Shown piece after piece: positions 11,872 to 23,600 of a stretch of DNA of 64,000 bases; positions within the stretch are counted from its first letter, which is position 1; every line of letters starts with the position of its first letter. Made by a program: the position numbers and the translations under genes. The notes below the pieces were generated by a model, which was given only the letters and a program-made list of their open reading frames with translations, searched no databases and had not been told where the DNA came from. This stretch comes from Balanoglossus misakiensis (Eukaryota > Animalia > Hemichordata). The DNA lies in contig CM082593.2 of NCBI GenBank assembly GCA_040954595.2, positions 8,468,043-8,532,042 of the forward strand. Direction: 5' to 3'.

Positions 11872-13435
11872 AATCTGATTAAAATCAGATGTAGGGAACG
11901 GCGACGTGGTTTTTTTAAGCAGGTAGACGCAGCAGAGCCGTTTTTTCGCATGCAAATTAGGTGATTCTGCAGAGCTGCGGCAGAGACTGCCGCATCCTTG
12001 CCGCAGCCAGTACATATGCTACAGAAATGCTGCAGCCCTGCCGCACTGACAGCTCTGCAATAGGTTTGCTGCAGCTCTCCAGCAGTCGAGATGCGGTAGA
12101 GCCGTTTTTTCGCATGCAAATTAGGTTATTCTGCAGAGCTGCCGCAGAGACTGCCGCATCCAGTTGCACTGATGCTGAAAAATGCATACAGACATTTATG
12201 TATGCATGGCATACACATACATGTACGCACTTGATTAATATATAATTATAACAGATTATATTTTACATCACTATCATGGAGTATTTCACACAGAACAGCA
12301 AAATTTAGTTCAGGACAAAAACAGCCGTAATGCAGAAACAAAAATTTCTAAGGGGTCAAAGTTGTGATCATTTTATGTAAAGTTAGGGAATACTAACAAC
12401 ATGGCGGCATAACAGTGTGATTCAATCGTATTTATTGAAGTCAGGGGGAAAAACGGAAGTTTTTATGAGTTTTTGGCTGTGTTAACTGAACACGGACACA
12501 TTTAATTTATTGAAGAAGGGCTTACAAATGAACAAGATGTTTCTTTTTCTCGCTTGCTTGGATAACACGGACGCAAAGTACAGTAAGCATGCAGTGTACA
12601 GGAAACAGTTTGGTAACCATCTTTTTGAGACAGACTGTCGAGCCTTTTATTTTATCAACAGTTGATTTTAGCATTGATTCATTGTATTTGTGTTAGATAG
12701 CAAGATCTGCCAATAACGCATTTGATTTTTGTGTGTGTGTGTGATCGAGTCGCCCCCCCCCCTGGATTCAACGTCAACAACGGGAGTATTCATGGCAAAC
12801 TTTTGATTTTGTACTACCCCAATGAGATCGGGTGTTTATAAAAACACAGACCTCCTAATATTAAATTTGCTTACTACTATTACGATATGACACTGGCTAG
12901 TCAAGTTTTGTTCACAAAATATTCGTAAACTCATTGAACAGAAACTTGCGAAGTACACTTTTGTCTATGGTTCACGTACGGTTTTTACAATAGATTTTCA
13001 TGGTGGCCGGCAACAGATGCTGCCGGACGCTGATCTGTTCTGATCGTCGGACAGGGCCAACCATGGGCCAACCAACACCAATCGGCATCATCAACCAAAC
13101 CCAGCCCTGCCCGTAAATGCCTGAATAAGTTCAGCCATAAAAATATCTCAACATCGATCAATAACATCACTACGTTACTCAAATAACAAGTTAGGAATAA
13201 ATCCAGTAAAAAATGTGTCAACAATCAATGTATAAAAAATGTAATGCCTGCCTAGCTTGAACTTGAAGAAACTTGGGATCTATCATCTAGCTGTCTTCCC
13301 TTTCCAAGTTCTGTAAAATATTTTCAGATGTACACTTGAATGATCAGTGTCTTCTGCTGTACCTCCGTGTTGGCATCTGGTACATCCAAAAGCATTAAAT
13401 GAAAGACAGTCCACCTGAACATACTCATGATCTGG

Positions 13436-14590
13436 TAGCTGCAATGATTGTAGCGGCCGGTGCTGCTTGGTTGACTGATGTGCAGCATAACCGCTACAAG
13501 GCCTTGTGTGTAATTTTCCAATCAACTTTCGGTCGTCAGCTCAGTTACGGGGTTTAACTCTTACCTCCGATAACATTTGAAAACCGAACGGGTGCATCCC
13601 CCCCCAAAAAAACACCTCCGACGCCCAAATTTTCCTCAAAATTGTCCTGCTTCCATTAAAAAAAAACGATAAATCCACTGAAGTTTCGCCGATGTGTTCC
13701 GCCATGTTAGAGCAAACATGGCGGACAAAGTTTGTAAACATCGGCGAAACTTCAGTGGGTTTATCGTTTTTTTTTAATGGAAGCAGGACAATTTTGAGGG
13801 AAATTTGGGCGTCGGAGGTGTTTTTTTTTGGGGGGGGGATGCAACCGTTCGGTTTTCAAATTTTATCGCAGGTAAGAGTTAAAGTCCCAGTATTTCTCGT
13901 GTGTATCCATTTTTCATCATCGAAAAATGCCCGTTTTTCCTGTACATTCATCATGGAATACTACATAATGAAGATAGAAGAGAGGTTTGGGCAACTGTAG
14001 CTACGTGCAAGCTGTAAATATTGCCCGTAACACTTGAAATGATGCGCGGGTTTGTTTACAACGGACATGTTGCACATGTCGATCAGCAAACGTGCCACTT
14101 TGACATTTGATGGTCAGACCATTTTCGGATTTGATCTGGTTCCATCGACTGATTTCTCCCATAAAGTTATCTTCCCAAAATTTCGCCGAATTAGTGCGCA
14201 TTTCTTCGCTGAGTCGCTTGATTTGGGGCGACCAAACCTCTTCCGCATAGATTCACATTGGAGTGCGCATGCGCACTAGTCACGTGTGTCAACAGGAGCC
14301 TGACTCACGTGACTTTCTGTCCGGACAGAAAGTCATTCTTCACTCGTTATATTGTAAATTGTATGAGTTTATGAGCAGAGCTGGGGATGATGACTGTTCG
14401 ATTCAGAATCAATTATCATCTACTTTTAGAAATTATAGATGCCGTTTCAAACAAAATTTTGCCCCTACGAGAAATACTGGGGCTTTAAACCCTGTAACTG
14501 AGCTGACGACCGAAAGTTGATTGGAAAATTACACACAAGGCCTTGTAGCGGTTATGCACCTAGCAGCACCCGCTACAATCATTGCAGCTA
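13436..14590. mobile_element. TAG...CTA MITE with 9-bp TSD (non-autonomous AcademH-like)
   Basis: TIR tagctgcaatgattgtagcgg...ccgctacaatcattgcagcta. TSD atgatctgg at 13427-13435 and 14591-14599. Confidence 0.9.
13558..13878. mobile_element. TTAA-flanked foldback MITE nested in the left TIR of the 13436-14590 element
   Basis: Arms of ~135 bp (ctcttacc...ggtaagag) with TTAA at 13554-13557 and 13879-13882. Removing it restores the host TIR symmetry. Confidence 0.9.
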
Positions 14591-15017
14591 ATGATCTGGC
14601 AGCTAGCTGGAGACACTTGTAGTTTGAAGCTTGCAAGTTTAGAAAATGGCGGCAAAATGACTTTGGCCAATTACTAGCTTTGTTTCACATCACCTGATCA
14701 ACCAAAGTTGGAGATCATAAAAAGGTTAATTCTTGTGTCCCTGCTGCATGGATTTGTACCTTTGAGAATTATTCTTGCATCATTTCTGCATAGAGAAAAG
14801 CCTTGCATCTTTGCGGCTGCTTTGCGGCAAGCTCTTGTGTCCTTATTGCAGGGATTACCACCTCTACTGCAGAGCCACATTTAGTTGCGACCTGCCGCAT
14901 TGCCTCTGCTGCAGAGACACTCTCTGCGAATACACCACAGCGTGTCTGCAAGAGCACCACAATGCCTTCACAGCAGAACTGCTGCAGAGCTGCTGCTTTG
15001 TTGGCATTTTTGTAAGG

Positions 15018-16200
15018 GTTAGTATCTTGCAATTTCTTTTTCACTCAACATTCCCAACATACATATTTTTGCAGTCACATTCTACAGTACTTGTGTCAGC
15101 TTGTTTGAACTACAATTTTCCTGACTGACCTCCTTTTATATTCACTTTAAAAACTAGTGACGATATCCAAATAAGTTTAATTCACTTAAGAAATCAGATG
15201 CTCTAAACATTGCGCCTGTCTGTGGAAAATGTAGCTTTACGGATAATTGTTGAGAGCTTATTGAAGATAGTGAGTGTTGCTTCTTATATTTATTGAATTT
15301 TGACATTTTGGCATATCAAGAGAACTGAATGAACCAATTTTGATATATCCTTTTATTTTTTATGTTTATTGTTGTTAATACATTTTTGTTTACATATAGC
15401 AGTACATTTTAATTGTATATTCTTTTCATAACCTAAACTGCATGATATGAGATCTATGATTTTATATATGTTGTTTATTTTTGTTTTAGATTTATTATTT
15501 CAAATTTATTTTTATTATTTTAACATAGAGTAGTAAATTTTCGTCATTATTAATTCTTTGTATAAAATACATGATTTTGTTCAAAGCATATTATATCTTT
15601 GACACTTTAGTTTTAATTTGTGCTTTTTATTTTAGTTTTATATTTATTATTGAAAAAATTGTTTGTTTATTGTTTATATACAGCAATAAATAGTCATTAT
15701 TATTCTTACATTATTTGTAGTCTATTAAATATGTGAAATAATTGTTTGAATGGAAGCGAACACAGTATACTGGAGTTTGAGCAGAATATCCAACTCACTG
15801 CAGAGAAATTACCAACTCAGCTCTCTGCAAGCAAGCTCACTCTATATTCAACCTCACACAAACAGTTCCACATAAATGCTTCTTGCATTGAGATGATGCC
15901 ATAGTCTACAAAAGCCCCTGACTTTGTCCAGGTCTACGCATATTTATCACAACCAATTCTTCAGATCTGAAAAAACTTGCCATTACAACCAAATTAGAAG
16001 GACCACAAATTAACCTGTGTCAAAGCTAATAATGATGTCTTAAGTTTTATCACAAAGAAACATTTTTTTTTTATCTCGGCCATTTAGCTTGAAAGTTTTT
16101 GCCTCTAATCAAATCACTGAAATTCCCCAAATCACATCCAGGTTAAGTTCCTTCCACTGACTTGCCAATCCATTCTGTGTAGCGCCCTCATGTGGTCATA
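15018..16200 (+). repeat. Direct repeat R1 upstream of the NLR-like gene
   Basis: Aligns to 29207-30322. Near-identical over the first ~750 bp, then clearly diverged. Confidence 0.92.
16180..16198 (-). promoter_or_regulatory. CTCF-like motif
   Basis: tagcgccctcatgtggtca resembles the reverse-strand CTCF consensus TAGCGCCCCCTGGTGGCCA. An identical copy lies at 30302-30320. Confidence 0.5.
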
Positions 16201-17655
16201 TATGATATCACAAAAGTAATCTTTCATACCAAGCGTATCACACATGAAGTCATTTGTTGGACATTAATGATTTGTTACAAAACTGAAAAATGCAGTAAAC
16301 ATGAAAGTCTTGCATGTGATCTGATGAAAAATCTGATATCTGAATTAATTGGCTTGATTAAGAGCCAAGCATTTTCCTTTTAATAATTCTCATCATCTTT
16401 CCTGAGGCCTGACATAAACAGCAGTTGATTGAGCAAAAACATGACTACGAATTTATTCTTTTCAAACTTTAACTTACAACCAGTCCACACAAACAGGTTT
16501 TATGCACAGATAGGGTTGGAGCATCTGTCTAGGCTAGATCGAACTGGTCCCAAGGGTAATAAAGCCACTAGATGACCATGAAGAACAGAAACGTTAGAAG
16601 ATACTGTAGAGGGCGTCTCTGCATGGGTTAATGTTTAACAGACTCACGTGACTTGAAGCTGGATGTGAAAGGGTGCAAATGCTGGAGGCTCGATTCTGAA
16701 GAGTTCTACCAGAACTGAAAGTAAGTGTTTTCTTGCTACTGTGATCTATAATTCTTGTCAGATCTGGAAAATAAGTGCTTGAGGAATCATTTGAATTGGA
16801 TTTTTGAACAGCTTTAATGCAAAATAATTGTTTAAACCTTAAATCTACGTGTTCATAGGTCACCTGAGGTCACTTTAAGTGGCATTTTCAGTAGCTATTT
16901 CCTTGTAGCAAATTAGGGATCATGAAAACAAAAGTAGCGATAGAAGGGAAATATTATCGTTATTAGTATTTCGGATTGTTCAGCTAAATTCACAGACTGG
17001 GCTGAATCTTTATGACATCAGAAAGTACCTGAAATTTGTGATGACTCATTACAGTCACTCTCAGACCACTGCTGTAGTTCTTACATAGCCCATATACCAC
17101 TTGTGAATAATATAGTCATAATATAGTCATAAAAGCCATGTCATTTAGAGTCCACATAGCTAGCCAAGCTTGGGAGTGGTTGGACTATGGACCTGCTCAG
17201 ATTCAGTGGACTGGTGTTTTCCCATTGAACAGCGGGGCCGGGGAGCTAGTATAAGTCGAGGCCTGACAAAAAGTTTTGTCGACAGGCAGTCGCATCAACA
17301 AATATAAACCATGAGAAAATTTTATTACCTGATAATGTTAAGTAGAGCTGCCATGATTAAGAAATTGAAACAATTTGGTTTGATGTTAATAATGACAAAA
17401 TATTAATTTGGTCCACAGCCACATTATGATCACTTATTAACAGTTCTAAAATTTAATCAATGACGTGCTCCATGTGTTATGTACACCATAGAGATTTAAT
17501 TATTAATCCAAATTTGAAATTTGAAATTTTGCTCCTTCAGACACAAGTCAATCACCAATAATGCCAAATGTATAGCCATACTGATCATGTCAATACTTTC
17601 AACAGGTGTTGCAGATATTATTTGAGCAGACGTATTCTGAAGAATCGGTGTTAAA

Positions 17656-20600
17656 ATGGCATCTTGGCAAGCAGACCACTGTCAAAGAACATCTACAAAG
17701 TCAAATCTTGATCCATTCAGGGTTTATCTTCTTCATCTGGCACAAAACATAACCCACGGTGTGTAAAACTTTGCGTTGCTTTCAGAATTCTGTACAAGTG
17801 TTCTCTTCACCTCCATGGACATGGTCCAGGAGATTTGTGATTCCTACAATCACTGTGTGTGCAGACTCAAATATTTTATGTCTATTAATTCATTTCACAC
17901 AAATTGATGCAGCACAAGATTACACTTACAGTATATATCTACATTGTTCCAGTACACATCATTACATTTGTGGCCCCATTTACATGTTTTATCCAACATG
18001 GCTCTCAAACAGCTACAATTGTTATTATGACTTTTGCATCTTTAGAGCAGGTACTGTGAGATATAAAAATTTCTGAATGCCAATCTGTTTTAGGCTATGA
18101 TCAATTATAGCTGCCAGTCAAGTTTATTTAAAAGTAGCTTTTATGTTTAATCCCCAACAATTATTGTACGTGTCAGAGATTATGTCTTTATCAAAGCTGA
18201 ATTACCGACAGTGACAACTACAAACCAGTTCTCATTTAACCTTTTGAACTTGACTCTCCAATGATGCAATGGGATGTCTTATAGGGTTCAAAATGTTATT
18301 TTTGCAAGATAAAATGATATTCTCTTGTCTTTTTAAAAGATGGCCTGAGTAGATTGGTAGAAGCAATGGATGCTGTTGGAAATCCATCAATCCCTGAAAG
18401 TGTATCAGAAGAAATTTTGAAAAACAATCGTCCTAATGGTTTGTTTAAAAAATTATGTGATTATGGACATTTATCAAGAGACAAACCTGAAACACTTATT
18501 CAGCTGTTGAAAACTGCTAAACTTTTCGGATTAGCGAAGCATGTAGAAGTTCGATTTGAGAAAAAGTTTGACATAGACTATCCATATGAGGAAGTGACAA
18601 GAGAAGTTGAGTCTAGGATGAAGGCTGATAGCCAGAAACAGATAAGTGACAGAAGTGGAGAAAGTTTGCCAACATTTCCAACTAAGAGGACCTCAACAGG
18701 ACCACAGTTACCATCTACCAGTTTCCAAACATTCCCAACTAAGAGGACCTCAGCAGGACCACAGTTACCATCTTCCTCAAAGCGCCCACGTCCCACTGGA
18801 GAAGTGCAGTCAATAACAGCTGATAGCCAGAAACAGATAAGTGACAGAAGTGGAGAAAGTTTGCCAACAATTCCAACTGAGAGGACCTCAGCAGGACCAC
18901 AGTTACCATCTACCAGTTTCCAAACATTCCCAACTAAGAGGACCTCAGCAGGACCACAGTTACCATCTACCAGTTTCCAAACATTCCCAACTAAGAGGAC
19001 CTCAGCAGGACCACAGTTACCATCTAACAGTTTCCAAACATTCCCAACTAAGAGGACCTCAGCAGGACCACAGTTACCATCTACCAGTTTCCAAACATTC
19101 CCAACTGAGAGGACCTCAGCAGGACCACAGTTACCATCTACCAGTTTCCAAACATTCCCAACTGAGAGGACCTCAGCAGGACCACAGTTACCATCTACCA
19201 GTTTCCAAACATTCCCAACTGAGAGGACCTCAGCAGGACCACAGTTACCATCTACCAGTTTCCAAACATTCCCAACTAAGAGGACCTCAGCAGGACCACA
19301 GTTACCATCTACCAGTTGGCCAACAATTCCAACTGAGAGGACCTCAGCAGGACCACAGTTACCATCTACCAGTTTCCAAACATTCCCAACTAAGAGGACC
19401 TCAGCAGGACCACAGTTACCATCTTCCTCAAAGCGCCAACGTCCCACTGGAGAAGTGCAGTCAATAACAGCTGATAGCCAGAAACAGATAAGTGACAGAA
19501 GTGGAGAAAGTTTGCCAACAATTCCAACTGAGAGGACCTCAGCAGGACCACAGTTACCATCTCCCTCACAACATCCAAGTCCCACAAGAGAAGTGCAGCC
19601 AAAGACATCAACTCGTCCCAAGATTCCAGCAGTGACAGCCTCTCATTCCAAGACTCAAGTATCCACAACAGAATCTCATGGTAAGCACTAGCATAATATT
19701 GTTGTATATATTTTGTATTACATATACTTTTTAACCAGAATTAAATAATTATGATTTTGAAAGAGATGAAATGATTGAACGAAATTGCATGTAGTCTATC
19801 TTCAGCTGGTCAAAGTGATTGTAACACATGTCATTTTGAGGTCATCTGACCCTTTGAAAAGTTATCAATGTGCAGTTCAAATGCTGTCCTCATTAACGAC
19901 ACACCGTCCTACATAAGGCTTTGAATGATCTCATTTGTAACCTAGCTAGAGGTATAATGAAAATTTAATTTTGAAAAAAAAATGGTGGGTGCAGTGCAAG
20001 CATTTTGAGCAGTTGATCACTTACAATGCTTGTGGTAATTGAAATATATTTTAATAGGAATCAAACACACGGGTCAGAATGAATTCACCATGTTTATTTT
20101 CCACATACCCCGGTACATCAGGTATTTCAGATGTTGGTGATGTTGCTGCTAGCAGTGCACTTAGTTCAGCTGCAACACAGATAGAGATGACGACAATGAT
20201 GAAAGATCCAGAAGGTGAAACCACAAGTGTACAACACCACATAGACAGACATGTACAGTATTCCTTGACATCAAGACGACAGTCACCATCACCTAGGCAA
20301 CAAACTGTTTTAGTAGGAAAGGACACTAATCAGAAAGGTAAAACAATTTTTACCAATCAGTGATTCCCAGGTGCAAGTATTGACAGCTACATGTTAGTAA
20401 TAGATGGAGAATTATCTGCATCACCAGTGTGGTTTGTGAATTTGTGGAAATGAAATTCTCATTACCAAATCTATGCATGATTTGAAAAAAAAGAAAATGA
20501 TCAAATATTTTGCTTTTCCGTAACAAAATCTACTTCTGTCATATTGCTATGTTAATGTGCAATTTCTTCACAAAATTAGTTGGGAATCAATAAACACATC

Positions 20601-23600
20601 TTGTGTGTTCTTTTTTCAGATAAGGACCTTAAAAAGACCATCATATTCCTGGCTGAAAAGTGGAATCGTGTGAAGGACACTGTATCTGCCCTCAATTGTC
20701 AACTTGCAAGCAGTGTAGCCGAAGACAGACAACGTAAAACATGCTGTGTTGTTTTGAAGGCAAGTGATGCAGAAAGGAAAGATGCAGCTGATCATGGAGT
20801 TGAGTTGATACTTCCAAGAATACAAGAAGATGTGATTGAGAGATACAAGAATGACACACCGAAGCCAGATTGGTTTCTTTCTCCAGAGACATTCTTCACA
20901 ACCCTCACAGAGTTACAAAATGTGGAATACATTGTGGAACATGTCAAGCCTTCAGCAACACTCCTGGTTGCAAATGTTTTGAGGAAACGATATTTCAAAG
21001 ATGCTAACATTATCCTCATCAATCACACCATCCCATCAGTTGAAGTACAAGACAAACACATCAAATTTGCTGAGGAGGCATCTGCAGTTTTCTCTGTTGG
21101 ACCAGATGTCTTTGAACGTTACAAGAAACTCTACCAAACAAACTCGGTTCCTGTAAGACATGAGTTGTATCTTCCAAGACCAGAGAAAGAATTCTTTGAT
21201 GTTAATGTGGATGAAATAGAAAAAACAAGTGACTTGAAACAAATCCTGACTGTGATATCTGATACAGCTGTGGAATCGCCACGATATAAAACACTGGCAG
21301 CTGAAGTTGGCAGAACGGCTCATGGATTCAACTCTATGCTCATGACTGTTCCATTGTGGTGTGTACGTACTCCCTCGGAAGCTGATGTTGCTAACACAAA
21401 TACTTTTCTTACAGTCAACTTAAATTGCCCCTACATAAAACCAAACATTTATCCCTCATACGGCTCTCAAGATGAGATTTACAGAGATTTACGTCAGAGT
21501 AATGTCTGTATTATACCACCTGATGAGCCATTCAGGATGGGGGGATTACGATCCATTGCTGCAGGACTACCTGTGTTAGTTCCGGAACGAACTGCCTTAG
21601 CAACTTTCATGAACACATACTTAGGCCATGAAGCAAAATATTTCCTGTATGACCCTTCTGTTGATGGGGATTTGTCAATACAGATCAATAAGATGTTGAG
21701 AGCAACACATGCAATACCCACGGCGACACGTTTGAAGAATATGTATCTCAGTCACACAGAGATTACTGACAGTCATGAAAAGTTCAAGTCTTGTTTCAAA
21801 GAAGTTCAGAGTACACAGCCTGCACAAAGTAAGTTTATTTCCTTTACATTTACTGGTATAAGGTTGAAAGGACAGGCCATTGATTGAAAACAGTGGGATA
21901 ATATCACAGATAAACAAAATTTGAAGTTTCCTTCCAATATATCTCATTCATCTTAATTATTACAAGACTTGAGATTACGAATTTTAGTCATTGATTTTTG
22001 GCTTTTTTCTTCCAGTTCCAACACCTCAATCACCAGTACAGAGTGGAAAGAGTCCCTCAACTCATGAAGGTTTTGCAACTTTTGAAGATGGCCAGCTTTC
22101 CCAGTCACTCTCACCCAAACAAGAAAACCTGGGTAAGAACACTTAATAAGTTGCAGGCTCCTGAAGATTGAAAAACATGATTACAGAAACAGATGTTTCG
22201 TTAAAGAAAGAATGCAATATGTAATTTGTAAACCTTAATATTTTATTATTATTGTTAATCATGTAAAGAGATTTTAAATGCAACTGTCAGTCATTAAACT
22301 TTATTTTTCTGTTTTCTAGCGATCACGGTAAGTCCCAAATCACCAGCCCATAGTGTAAGGAGTCCTTTAACTGATGAAGGTGTAGGAAGTTTTGAATATG
22401 CCTGTTCTTCCCAGTCACTCCAGCCACAGAACCTTGGTAAGTACAGTTTGATTGCTTTCTTTGATTGGACCAGTAGTTTAAAAACTTATTACTTTGACAA
22501 ATTGTTATCATTAAAGAGGGAAATAACATTGGCTTTTTTACATTTGGAATTTCAGTTTTGTGGATTGAATGTTTCTTACTCTCTGTGTTGTACCAACCAA
22601 TTTGTAACTTTTCCAGGGGATAAAAACAGAAGAAATAGATTGAGACATACTTACTGGTATAAACAAAAAATTATAGGTTCAAGTTTTACCTGCATGCCGA
22701 TGTGACTTGTGAAAAAAGTGAAAGGGTACTGCACTTTTCTTAACTTACTTTTGTTTTTAAACTTTATCTTTGCAGGGGGTCCAGAATCTGCTGTTGTTTC
22801 AGATGAGAAACCAACAAGTGAAACTCACAAATCAAAGTTGATACAACGGAGAAGGCCATTGATGCCAAGTAAGTTATGTTTCTTGCCTTGTACTCTTTCA
22901 TGATTTCACAGAATCTTCCTTTCCCATCATCTATCAATAACATATCCTGAACACTCAAGTTTCTAGGACAGTCACCCCCCGGGCATTTACCCAGCAGACA
23001 CTTTTTCTAATTCCGCCTCAAATATCAAAACTGACGACTGGTGGCTTAGAGAAATGGCCATTTGCATGTTTTGATATTAAACCACAGTGGCAGTTGATGT
23101 CACAACCCACATCTAAGCTCTGGCATTAACATCATCAGACACTGTATTATTTCTCTGTTGATAACACATCGCTATTTTGAGTAGGATGAAATTATATTAC
23201 TCATTTGGGAGATAAAATATAATTTGGCAGTTGTTTATATGTAGCAAAATTATAATCCTGATCAATTTATAGTCATGCAGCTGGCAATTATTTCTGTTTC
23301 ATTGTTTATTCAACCCATAGCTGTTCAATGTGAAGTGAATCTGGAATTTGAAGAAAAAAAGATGAAGATGGAGATGGAAAAGATGAGAGTGGAAACAGAA
23401 CACAAGAAAATGGAGCTTGAAGCAGAACAGAAAAGGATGGAGTTTGAAACGGAACAGAAAAGGATGAAGCATGAAACAGAACACAAAAGGATTAAGCTTG
23501 AAAAGTTGAAGGTGGAAAGGGAGAAAGAAAACAAAGCAATGGAGCTTGAAAGAGAGAAAATTAAACTTGAAAGGGAGACAATGAAGCAGAAACAGATGTT

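Larger units (their letters stand above)
11869..15018. mobile_element. Probable non-autonomous DNA transposon (EnSpm/CACTA-like) with subterminal gcagagctgc repeats
   Basis: The right end is ...tttttgtaaggg. ctgcagagctgc-type repeats cluster at 11925-12170 (including a ~155-bp tandem duplication) and 14780-15000. The left terminus is not a clean TIR match. Confidence 0.45.

Noticed and set aside
16610-16720. Upstream exon ending gaaa|gtaagt as a coding first exon of the NLR-like gene
   Set aside because: No convincing in-frame coding link to the DED exon. It is more likely a 5' UTR exon and cannot be confirmed without transcripts.
18578-19621. Long antisense and alternative-frame ORFs over the 57-bp repeat
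   Set aside because: They are by-products of a stop-free tandem repeat. Only one frame links to the flanking exons.
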